This document shows, in pieces, positions 39,729 through 48,300 of a stretch of 64,000 bases of DNA; the stretch's first letter is position 1; each line of letters begins with the position of its first letter. The stretch is from an uncultured bacterium. GTDB lineage: Bacteria > Patescibacteriota > Minisyncoccia > Phycocordibacterales > PALSA-1337. The stretch covers positions 111,341 to 175,340 of the forward strand of contig CAWKEA010000005.1 of the NCBI GenBank assembly GCA_963848635.1. Direction: 5' to 3'. Position numbers and translations under genes: made by a program. A model generated the notes under the pieces. The model worked only from the letters and a program-made list of their open reading frames with translations. It was not told where the DNA came from and did no database searches.

Positions 39729-41017
39729 TGGCTTTGCAATGACAGATTATATTGGCCGTCAGCGTCCTGTATCGCTTGATGGACGCTTTTTGATCCGCTT
39801 GTCACCGATTCTACCATAGCTTCAAATATAGCACTCGACTGCGTCGGGTCAATGTCAGCCCACGATCTCGTTATCAATGCGGCATTATAAAAGATAGACA
39901 GATACGGATCGGTCGTACCGGCGGCTATCAGATCGCGGCGCGCGGGCGGCAGATATGTCAAGCTGACGAGCATCGAGAGATTCGAAGGGTCCGTGAGGAC
40001 CTGAATGACGTTATACGTGTTCGTCGGGTTGCTCGAGCTCTTGACGATGGACAAGCCGTATATCGTTCCGTATTCGGTCCTTATGGAACCGTTTTTGACC
40101 TGCGGCAAAGGCGCGGCATCGAAATTGATGTTCGGATTCTTGTTCCGCAGTTGGTTTATCTCCGAGGCGAATCCAAAATAGACAGCCAGATTGCCAGAGA
40201 GGAAATCAGTGTCTGCGGAAGGCAGAGCGCGATTCCATGAATAGTCGGGCGACGTAGGATCGGTGAATTGAGTGAAGAAATCCAATACTTGCGTCGTCGA
40301 ATCCTCGCCTTGAAACGCCGAGCTGTTGCCAAGCGCGCTCGAAATACCGCCAGAAGCGGAAACCGTCACTGGATTGCCGAGCTGAAGCAAAAGACTGCCT
40401 AATATCTCGCGGGCATGCGGAATGTTCGCGAATTCGCCCAGTGCGACGAGGCTTTTCTGTATATTGCTATTCGAGTCTTTTACCGTTAGCTGAGAGACAA
40501 GCCCTGGAAATTGATCCCAGTATTGAGGATAGGTCGCTTGACCGGCATTCGTGAATGAGTCTTTGTTCCAGTACATGACCAAAGGATCGATGAGAATAGG
40601 CAATCCGAGAACGCCTTGAGCGCCGAGATACAATTGCGTCCCGCCGACATACGTATCCATGAACGTCCTCTGTGAAAGGACGTTGTAAGGTATCGGGACT
40701 ATCTTGCCGGCATAGCGTGAAAGGAGGTCTTGCGGAAGGAGAACAGCATCAGGGCCTGAACCAGAAGCCAAAGCATTGATGAACTCCGTATTGAAGCTCG
40801 TCGGATCAACTTGAACGTAATTTATCTGGAGCTGTTGCGCGCGCGCCAGATTGATTTCTTGAACATATTTTTCGATCGCGGCGGCTGGCAAAGTCCCCCA
40901 TATCGTCACCGATGGCAATGTGGTGCTTTGACCGCCTTTGTAGGTGGCAAAGGCGACAGCGCCGCCGATGATAGCGACGATGAATAGTGCAAGGACGATG
41001 ATCTGGAATTTTGTCAT
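39725..41017 (-). CDS. Extracellular solute-binding protein (sugar-binding family 1-like)
   Basis: N-terminal TM, VTIWG, ALASGSGPD, LVMYWNKD, F.SG.LA.YFG, APLPQ. Confidence 0.85.
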   Translation of the reverse strand: MTKFQIIVLALFIVAIIGGAVAFATYKGGQSTTLPSVTIWGTLPAAAIEKYVQEINLARAQQLQINYVQVDPTSFNTEFINALASGSGPDAVLLPQDLLSRYAGKIVPIPYNVLSQRTFMDTYVGGTQLYLGAQGVLGLPILIDPLVMYWNKDSFTNAGQATYPQYWDQFPGLVSQLTVKDSNSNIQKSLVALGEFANIPHAREILGSLLLQLGNPVTVSASGGISSALGNSSAFQGEDSTTQVLDFFTQFTDPTSPDYSWNRALPSADTDFLSGNLAVYFGFASEINQLRNKNPNINFDAAPLPQVKNGSIRTEYGTIYGLSIVKSSSNPTNTYNVIQVLTDPSNLSMLVSLTYLPPARRDLIAAGTTDPYLSIFYNAALITRSWADIDPTQSSAIFEAMVESVTSGSKSVHQAIQDADGQYNLSLQSQ

Positions 41018-41062
41018 AAAAAATTATAGGATAGGATTTATTTTCTTCATGGCAAGCGTCTT

Positions 41063-41590
41063 TTATTGATTTCTGACAAAAACCAGCCCGTAATGATGGT
41101 CTCCTGCTGTAAATGTCTTTTCCAAGGCAAACCCGCTTTTATTGAAAAGATCTTCAGCGACACTGCGAGCAAGACAGTTCTTTGGGCTCAAGGGACTGCC
41201 CGGCAACCAATCAACCACAAGGAGCTTTCCGCTGGGTTTGAGGATGCGCTTTATCTCGAGAGCAAGATTGTCCCGATCTTTCTGCTCTATCTGGAAGAGC
41301 GTATTCGCGAGAACCGCCCTGTCGACCAATCCTTCGCGGAGCTTTGTGCCGCCGATCGTGTCGATCGAGCCCCATATGGCCTCAATATTATGAACTTTCC
41401 CGGCTGAAGCGCTCGATTTGATCAAGCCGAGAAGGTCTTTTTGAACCTCGACGGCGTAGACCCGGCCGCTCGTTCCGACGCGTCGCCCGGCGGCGATCGA
41501 ATAGTACCCCGCTCCGGCGCCCAAGTCGGCTATTTTCATCCCTTCGACAAGCCCAAGCTGTGCCAGATTTTTGTCAGGATCGGAGAACAT
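41063..41590 (-). CDS. Class I SAM-dependent methyltransferase
   Basis: IADLGAGAG, VYAVEVQ, LKPSGKLLVVDW. Confidence 0.88.
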   Translation of the reverse strand: MFSDPDKNLAQLGLVEGMKIADLGAGAGYYSIAAGRRVGTSGRVYAVEVQKDLLGLIKSSASAGKVHNIEAIWGSIDTIGGTKLREGLVDRAVLANTLFQIEQKDRDNLALEIKRILKPSGKLLVVDWLPGSPLSPKNCLARSVAEDLFNKSGFALEKTFTAGDHHYGLVFVRNQ

Positions 41591-41762
41591 AGGTGCATTA
41601 TAGCGCGTAATGGCGACAAATGTGCGCTCGTTTGGGGATAATTTTGCGAGAGGATACTATAAATAACGCCCTATGACCGAGACAATATCTCATCGATATT
41701 TTTTGAATAAATTGCAAGTATAAAAATTTTTGTTTTTGAGCCGTCTCGTGGGACGCTTGACT

Positions 41763-41953
41763 TGGCGGGCGATCGAGGAATCGGTCACAGGTCTCGCCGA
41801 CATGCGGCTCGCCTGCGACCCCGCCTCCTTTGCCGCGGTTCGCTACGCTCACATCGCGGCTTCAGTCCGGCTTTCTCATCCTCTCGTCTGCAGAAATCAA
41901 AACAGCACAGCAGAAGCCGTACTGTTTTGATTTTGCGGGCGATCGAGGAATCG
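41763..41953 (-). repeat. tRNA-Trp 3'-end duplication enclosing a 170-bp-period hairpin-rich element
   Basis: 19-bp direct repeat gcgggcgatcgaggaatcg at 41765-41783 and 41935-41953. Confidence 0.85.
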
Positions 41954-42006
41954 AACCTCGGAATGCGGTTTTGGAGACCGCCGGTATGCCACTTACCTAA
42001 TCGCCC
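41936..42006 (-). tRNA. trpT: tRNA-Trp (anticodon CCA); 3' CCA not encoded
   Basis: Acceptor GGGCGAT/ATCGCCC+G, anticodon arm GCGGT-CTCCAAA-ACCGC, T arm CGAGG-TTCGATT-CCTCG. Confidence 0.95.
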
Positions 42007-42102
42007 ATTGTTTAGACCCTTAAACGAAAAAGAGAGCAGTTCAATACTACCCTCTTTTTCCCGGCGATGCAAAATGCCTTATTGCTTCGACAAGCGGCTT
42101 CT

Positions 42103-42258
42103 TTATTTCTTGGCCTCTTTGAAGACGACGTGCTTGCGCAGTTTCTTGCTGTATTTCTTGAGCTCGATCTTCTTTTCAACTTTCTTCTTGTTCTTGCGCG
42201 ACCAATAGACCTCGCCGGTAGCCTTGTTCTTGAGCTGTATGAGTTGATTTTGTGACAT
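42103..42258 (-). CDS. rpmG: 50S ribosomal protein L33, Cys-free form (51 aa, below the ORF-track cutoff)
   Basis: MSQNQLIQLKNKATGEVYWSRKNKKKVEKKIELKKYSKKLRKHVVFKEAKK. Confidence 0.92.
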   Translation of the reverse strand: MSQNQLIQLKNKATGEVYWSRKNKKKVEKKIELKKYSKKLRKHVVFKEAKK

Positions 42259-42311
42259 GATTATATTGAGACTTGTGCTAGCAATCTAACAAATAGAGCG
42301 CTTTTTGGCAA

Positions 42312-42365
42312 GTCTCACGAGGTCTCACGAGGTCGGACCTTGGTAAAAACATAGGTCGGACCTTG
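42312..42365. repeat. Short REP-like repeats (AGGTCGGACCT x2, GTCTCACGAG x2)
   Basis: gtctcacgaggtctcacgaggtcggaccttggtaaaaacataggtcggaccttg. Confidence 0.7.
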
Positions 42366-42367
42366 TA

Positions 42368-44107
42368 CTATTTGAAATACTCCGGCGTGTTCGCGTTCAT
42401 CCAATCGAGCGTATATCTCATGACCGCCGCGCCGCCAATCTCGTTCGCGATCGGCCCGCGCTCCATGACGACGGCAAAGGCATACTCCGGATTGTTATAG
42501 GGCCAAAAGCCCGTGATCCATGCGTTATCAGTGAGCTTCGTCGTGCCGAGTTCGGCTGTGCCTGATTTTGCGGCGATATCGACGTACGGAACGTTCAAAG
42601 CGCCGTCCGTGCCATTAGAGCTATCGACACCCTGACGAAGACCTTCACGAACGATCCTGAAATCTGCCGCTGGCAGATCGACATTGCGCAGAACGGTCGG
42701 AGCCGTATCGACGCCAATAGGAGCTGTGCCGAGCTTTAGTATGGTCGGATTAAGGAGATCTCCGCCGTTCGCGATGGCCGCCACGGCCCGGACCATCTGG
42801 ACGGGCGAGACTTGGAAGCCGTATTGACCGATGGCCGTATGATACGTATCGCCGATACGCCAGGTGCTATCATCAGGAAATGTCGCCGCTTTCCATGTGG
42901 GCGAAGGGACAAGGCCTGCCGCACCGCTGAAAAAGGAATCATCGATCGCCTGGCCAAAGCCGAACAAAGAAAAATATTGGTCGAGCTTTGTTATGCCGAG
43001 GCCTTTTTGGTTTTGGTAACCGCCGCCGACTTCATAGAAATAGACGTCGGAAGAGACAGAGAGTGCATCTTCCATATCCACCCAGCCTTGCGGCCTCCAG
43101 TCATGGAAGACGCTCGATTGGCTCGGATCATACGGATTTGGTATCGAGATAGAACCGGTCGAAAGGATCTTTGTCAATGGATCGATGACATGCTCGTTCA
43201 AAGCGCCCATCGCCACGTACGGCTTGACCGTAGATCCTGGAGCATAAAGCCCGTCTATGGCGCGATCGAGAAATGGGTTCTGAGGATCATTGAGAAAAGA
43301 ATCTATTGCTGATGCGTCAGTCTTGTCGGTCATGATCTGCGAATCATATTCGGGGTAGCTCGTCATGGCTATGACTTCGCCTGTATGGACATTCATGATG
43401 ATGCCGGAGCCGCCCTGAAAGCCATGGGCTGTCGCGACAGCTTCGATGTTTCGATAGAGATCATTCTGGACGCGTGAATCGATCGAAAGGGTCACATTCT
43501 GCCCGGCTATGGCGGGTCTGACGACATTTTGTGACTGCAGAGCGCCCCTTGCATCGACTTCGACGAGACGTAGTCCGTTCTCTCCTTGCAAGACATTGTT
43601 GAAGTATTTTTCCGCGCCGTCTTCCCCGGTAAAATCTTCCTGATAGTAAAACCCGGAGCTGTCTTTCGATGGGTATTGGATGTAGCCGAGGGTCTGCGAT
43701 AGACCCGTCGATGTGGCATATTCTCGCTGTGGCACGTCGGGGTCGCCTGCGGAGCCCGGCACATTCCAAGCTAGCTCGATGCCGTTCCTATCATAGATGA
43801 GGCCGCGCGTCGCGAACAACGGAGTCGAGTGGAGCGTGTTATCAACCGCTTCTGCAGCATAGACCGTCCCCTCGAATATCTGGAGGAACAATGCTCGACC
43901 AGCGAATAAAGCAAGGATGAGAGCCGTTATGCCGCCCAGTATGAAAAGATTGGCTGTCGAAATCGGCCTTTCCAATCGGCCTTCGAATTGATCGGTATCG
44001 AAATGCGGTATGTTCCTCGAGTCAGCCAAAATCTCCTCGGGAAATATCTCGCCGCGGTTATGCCTCTGCCTTTTGTTGAGCGAACGTCTTTTGATGAAGT
44101 TAATCAT
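42368..44107 (-). CDS. mrdA: Penicillin-binding protein 2 (class B)
   Basis: RGLIYDRNG, PGSTVK (SxxK), SSD (SxN-like), KSGTAE (KTG-like); start ATG 44107. Confidence 0.92.
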   Translation of the reverse strand: MINFIKRRSLNKRQRHNRGEIFPEEILADSRNIPHFDTDQFEGRLERPISTANLFILGGITALILALFAGRALFLQIFEGTVYAAEAVDNTLHSTPLFATRGLIYDRNGIELAWNVPGSAGDPDVPQREYATSTGLSQTLGYIQYPSKDSSGFYYQEDFTGEDGAEKYFNNVLQGENGLRLVEVDARGALQSQNVVRPAIAGQNVTLSIDSRVQNDLYRNIEAVATAHGFQGGSGIIMNVHTGEVIAMTSYPEYDSQIMTDKTDASAIDSFLNDPQNPFLDRAIDGLYAPGSTVKPYVAMGALNEHVIDPLTKILSTGSISIPNPYDPSQSSVFHDWRPQGWVDMEDALSVSSDVYFYEVGGGYQNQKGLGITKLDQYFSLFGFGQAIDDSFFSGAAGLVPSPTWKAATFPDDSTWRIGDTYHTAIGQYGFQVSPVQMVRAVAAIANGGDLLNPTILKLGTAPIGVDTAPTVLRNVDLPAADFRIVREGLRQGVDSSNGTDGALNVPYVDIAAKSGTAELGTTKLTDNAWITGFWPYNNPEYAFAVVMERGPIANEIGGAAVMRYTLDWMNANTPEYFK

Positions 44108-44355
44108 ATTCTCGTCTTCTCTTTTACTATCTCGATCGCGATAAAGAGGATAAGGGAGGTAATTATACCGTACATCGAGTGAAGCCCATACAGCGAATCG
44201 AACGCAAGCCCCCAGATGACGATCTCGTAATACGGAGCGAAAATACAGGCGCATGCGACCGCAAGGATGATCACGGACCATGAGGACGACCATGCGATCA
44301 AAAAGACCATGAGAACATCCGCCGCTAGTCTTCCGATGAGTGCATATTTATTCAT
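44104..44355 (-). CDS. Small membrane protein at the mreD position
   Basis: 83 aa, hydrophobic, G..FD..YG motif, between mreC and mrdA. Confidence 0.7.
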   Translation of the reverse strand: MNKYALIGRLAADVLMVFLIAWSSSWSVIILAVACACIFAPYYEIVIWGLAFDSLYGLHSMYGIITSLILFIAIEIVKEKTRI

Positions 44356-44371
44356 ATTTGTCTCTTTGAGG

Positions 44372-45247
44372 TCAGCGGCCTTTCGGAGAAGTCGGAGAAG
44401 TCGTAGAAGTCGACGAGGCGGTCATGACAGAACCGGAAAAAGGCTTGGGCCGTGGAACATTCGTCCCGACGAGCATAAAAAGCGATTGATACGGATTTAT
44501 GCCTTCGCTGAATAATATCCTTTCAAAGGGCTGTTCGGGATTTGAAATGACAGCGTCGACAGCGCCAAACGGCGAAGAAGAAACTGCCGGGATGATCACC
44601 TCGTCACCCATGGATACGCCCGATTCACGGGAGACCGATGCGGAAAAGAATCCGCCGCCTTGCCCGGCCGCCGTCGCCGGTACATGGGCTGAACCGACAA
44701 GGACATCGTAGCTCGTTCCCGGCGAGGAATAAAGCTCGGCCTTTGAAGAATGTGCATCGGCTTCGACGATCTGACCGACGGGGATAGATCCTACAGAATA
44801 TACCGAATCGCCAATTGACACGCCAAGAGTCGAACCGATATCCAAGATGAGATAATCGTAGCCAGAGCCCGGAGGTCTGCGCAGGACATCGGCCAGAACA
44901 AGATCGTTCGTACCGCCAGACCGGCCGAGGAGAGACCTCAGTTCATTTACCTCGTCCAACAAGGCTTTCGAGCTTGATGCTGTGGCTTGGTCCTGTGCAA
45001 GCTGTTCCTGAAGAGCCTGATTCTCTTGCTCTAATTGCGTCTCCGATGTCATGCCGGAAACAGCGGAATCTTTGCCTGACCACAACGGCAAAAAAAGATG
45101 CGAGAAAGCCGAAGAAAGCGTGCGAGGAGATGCTAATTGGATGATCAGAACGATAAGGACGAAGGCAACGGCAAAAGCGATCGGCCGAGAGATCATCCGG
45201 CCGCTCTTCTGCCGACGTGAAAAATTATTTTGGTCGCGCGATCTCAT
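44372..45247 (-). CDS. mreC: Rod shape-determining protein MreC
   Basis: TM, coiled coil (LEQENQAL...NELRSLLG), YDYLILDIGS, VGQI; follows mreB. Confidence 0.9.
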   Translation of the reverse strand: MRSRDQNNFSRRQKSGRMISRPIAFAVAFVLIVLIIQLASPRTLSSAFSHLFLPLWSGKDSAVSGMTSETQLEQENQALQEQLAQDQATASSSKALLDEVNELRSLLGRSGGTNDLVLADVLRRPPGSGYDYLILDIGSTLGVSIGDSVYSVGSIPVGQIVEADAHSSKAELYSSPGTSYDVLVGSAHVPATAAGQGGGFFSASVSRESGVSMGDEVIIPAVSSSPFGAVDAVISNPEQPFERILFSEGINPYQSLFMLVGTNVPRPKPFSGSVMTASSTSTTSPTSPKGR

Positions 45248-46283
45248 CTTCGTTTTGTATGAGGACGTCTTTGTATTTGTCGAGATCCTCGAGGATTATG
45301 CCCGTGCCGCGCGCGATGGCCGTCAATGGGTCGTCAGCGATATGGACGGGGATCTGCAGAGTGTGCGCGATGAGCTCATCAAGTCCTTTTATGAGCGCGC
45401 CGCCGCCGACAAGATATGCTCCGCGGCGCATGACATCGGACAGAATCTCCGGCGGAGTCGTTTCCAGGACTTCTTGGGCCGCCTGCACGAGCACGTCAAT
45501 GCTCGCGCCCATGGCTTCTCGTATATCAGAATCAGTGATGACGACCTCCCGCGGCAAACCAGTGATGAGATCACGACCGCGAATGGGGATCTCGAGCGCC
45601 TCCTTTGGGACGACGGCGCCGACGGCGATCTTTATCTCTTCTGCTGTCTTTTCGCCGATGAGGATCTTGAATTCGTTCCGTATATAGGAAATGATGTCGG
45701 TATTGAGCTTGTCTCCGGCGATCTTGATGTTCTTTGAACGGACGATGCCGCCGAGCGAGATGACGGCAATGTCGGTGGTGCCGCCTCCGATATCGATGAC
45801 CATAGAACCGATAGGCTCATGTATAGGAAGGCGTATGCCGATGGCGCCAGCCATAGGCTCTTCGACGATATAGACTTCACGTGCGCCCGCATTCCTCGTG
45901 GCGTCGCGGACGGCGCGGACCTCGACGTTCGTCACGCCCGAGGGAACTCCAACGACGACGCGCGGGCCGAGCGTTTTCTTTGAGAATTCTTCTGCCTTGC
46001 GCACGAGATACGAGATCATCTCTTCAGTTATCTCGAAATCAGAGATGACGCCGTCGACCAAGGGACGGACCGCTTTTATATGCGCCGGAGTGCGGCCGAG
46101 CATGTCTTTTGCTTCCCTGCCTACGGCTACGACACGGCCGGTCTTTTCATTGACGGCGACGACCGAAGGCTCATTGACGACGATTCCATGGCCCGCCAAA
46201 TACACGAGGGTATTGGCAGTGCCGAGGTCTATGCCTATATCATTGGAAAAACGGCCGTATATTTTTTGAAGGAAATCATTCAT
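45225..46283 (-). CDS. mreB: Rod shape-determining actin MreB (copy 2)
   Basis: GIDLGTANT, EEPMAGAIG, DIGGGTTD, VGGGALI; start ATG 46283. Confidence 0.96.
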   Translation of the reverse strand: MNDFLQKIYGRFSNDIGIDLGTANTLVYLAGHGIVVNEPSVVAVNEKTGRVVAVGREAKDMLGRTPAHIKAVRPLVDGVISDFEITEEMISYLVRKAEEFSKKTLGPRVVVGVPSGVTNVEVRAVRDATRNAGAREVYIVEEPMAGAIGIRLPIHEPIGSMVIDIGGGTTDIAVISLGGIVRSKNIKIAGDKLNTDIISYIRNEFKILIGEKTAEEIKIAVGAVVPKEALEIPIRGRDLITGLPREVVITDSDIREAMGASIDVLVQAAQEVLETTPPEILSDVMRRGAYLVGGGALIKGLDELIAHTLQIPVHIADDPLTAIARGTGIILEDLDKYKDVLIQNEDEIARPK

Positions 46284-46371
46284 GAGTGAAAGGTAGCTGT
46301 ATCCTATCACCAGTCCTGAAAATGGCAAATTTTCGATGCGTTCACAGCCGGCAATCATGCACGCCGACCCG

Positions 46372-46968
46372 TTATCCTGCATTAAAAACGCTCATGGCCT
46401 TTTCTCGGCCTTCCTTTACGATCATCTCGATCGCCTCGGAGGATTTTTTTGCCGCTTTTTTGATCTCCTTGATCTCATCGTCTTTGTATTTTCCTAGAAT
46501 GAATTTGAGGACCTTTTCATCGCCGTGCGGGACTTTGGCGTTTCCCTTGGCGTTTTCGGCGGCCGTGCCGATGCGGATGCGGATGAAGCCTTCGGTCCCG
46601 AGCGCTTTGATGATAGATTCGAGGCCGTTATGTCCGCCAGAGCTTCTGTTGAAAGAGATCTTGATGCGGCCGATCGGCAGTTGGAAATCATCATATATGA
46701 CGACCAGCTTTTCGGCCGATTTCTTGCTTTTGACGAGACGGGCGAGAGCCGAACCGCTCTTGTTCATGAATGTCTCCGGCTCGACGAATATGATCTTTTC
46801 CTTGCCGATCTTTCCGTTTGAGACGAGCGCATTGACTTTCTTGTCAAAAGAAAGCTCGTCGGCATCAAACTGCTCCCGAACAGCGTCAAGGACGATACGG
46901 CCCGTATTGTGCCGCGTCATCTCATATTCTTCTCCAGGATTTCCGAGGCCTGCGATTATGTATGGCAT
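46372..46968 (-). CDS. pth: Peptidyl-tRNA hydrolase
   Basis: GLGNPG..YE.TRHN, PETFMNKSG, SSGGHNG, RIRIG. Confidence 0.96.
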   Translation of the reverse strand: MPYIIAGLGNPGEEYEMTRHNTGRIVLDAVREQFDADELSFDKKVNALVSNGKIGKEKIIFVEPETFMNKSGSALARLVKSKKSAEKLVVIYDDFQLPIGRIKISFNRSSGGHNGLESIIKALGTEGFIRIRIGTAAENAKGNAKVPHGDEKVLKFILGKYKDDEIKEIKKAAKKSSEAIEMIVKEGREKAMSVFNAG

Positions 46969-47073
46969 AGTATGGTACAAGTATAAAATCGAACGGCCGT
47001 AAAGTCAAAAGCGCCTTTCCGGCGCCTTGAGCAAAGATCGGCAAAGGGTCTCCCTTGCGCTTCTTTTAAATTT

Positions 47074-48127
47074 TTAAACCGTGGCTTTTTCTCCGGCGAC
47101 GCGATAGCGGTTGTCTTTGTCTTTCTTGAAATATTTCGAGTTCTGGAGATTGACGGCAATAGTGTTCTCCTTGACATAGCGCTCCTTCAAGACTTTTGTG
47201 ATGATCTCGTCTTTGGTGAGCGGGCCGTTCTTTTCGATGATCTTTCTGATGACGTCCTTTACGACGCCCGACATATAGCCCCATTCTGACAGAGCATAGA
47301 GGCCGCGGCCGACGAGGACGAAACGAGGGTCTTTGATGAGCTCGTTATGAGTCGTGGCGACATGAGCCTTTTTCTTGAAAATTTTTGTGATCTGGTTGGC
47401 GACTTCGCGGAAATGTATCGGCGAACCGTGCTTTCGGATGACGAGGAACGCGTAATCTCGCACGCCCTTGGTCTTTATGTTCGGAGAATGAGCGACGCCC
47501 CATTCGCCGAGAGCGTTCTTGCCGATCTTCTTTGAGAGGTTGAGCCAGCGCTTGATGATCTCCTGATTCTTGTATTTTTCCGAAACATCGCCGAGGTGCT
47601 CGATGAATTTGTTCACCATCTCCGATTCAGGGAGGAGGTCGTCGTTCGAGAGACTGCCATAGAGCTTCTTGAGCGATCCCTCGACGTCTCCGGCGAGCTT
47701 CTCGTCGACATGCCAACGATGATGGAATTCATCGTCTTCCTTGCGCTTGCGGAAAGCCGTCGCCAAGGACAAGGAGAAAATACACATGGTTCTGAAGGCT
47801 CTGGTCTTTTGAGGCCGAGCCCAAAAAATCGTCTTCGACGACGATGCCGCCGAGCGAACGGAGCAGGTCTTCGAGCTCGATGAACGTCTTGGACTCGCTC
47901 TTGTAGGCGTCTGATTTGCGCACAACGTCGAGAGCGTAGTTCTCTATCTGACGGACGCGCTCGCGAGTGATGCCGTATTTTTTGCCGATAGCGTCGAGCG
48001 TCAGCTTGTCAGTCGACTTGCCGAGGCCGAAGCGTCCGACGACGACATCCCGTGCGCGGTCAGGCAGAGCCGCCAGAAGCTTCTTGACTACGATTTTCGG
48101 CTTGAACGTTGTGTTTGATGATGGCAT
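47074..48127 (-). CDS. Sigma-70 region-4-like HTH fused to a C-terminal HARE-HTH/winged helix; one extra base near 47755
   Basis: RFGL...TLDAIGKKYGITRERVRQIE and HNELIKDPRFVLVGRGLYALSEWGY; 1054 nt minus 1 gives 351 codons. Confidence 0.82.
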
Positions 48128-48300
48128 GGATAAAAATGGGTAAATATGCGCTTGGCTTATTTGATAAGTAGTATATGTTCTATCATCTCCTTGTATGAAA
48201 GTCAATTCTTTGGGCTAATGATGATTTTGTTGAACTATAAATATACATTAACCTAATTACAATGTCAATCGAATAGCCCGTCGATTCCTGTCGGGAGCGG

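Noticed and set aside
3954-46283. Two mreB genes as a recent duplication or misassembly
   Set aside because: The proteins are clearly diverged and sit in different contexts; multiple mreB paralogues are common.
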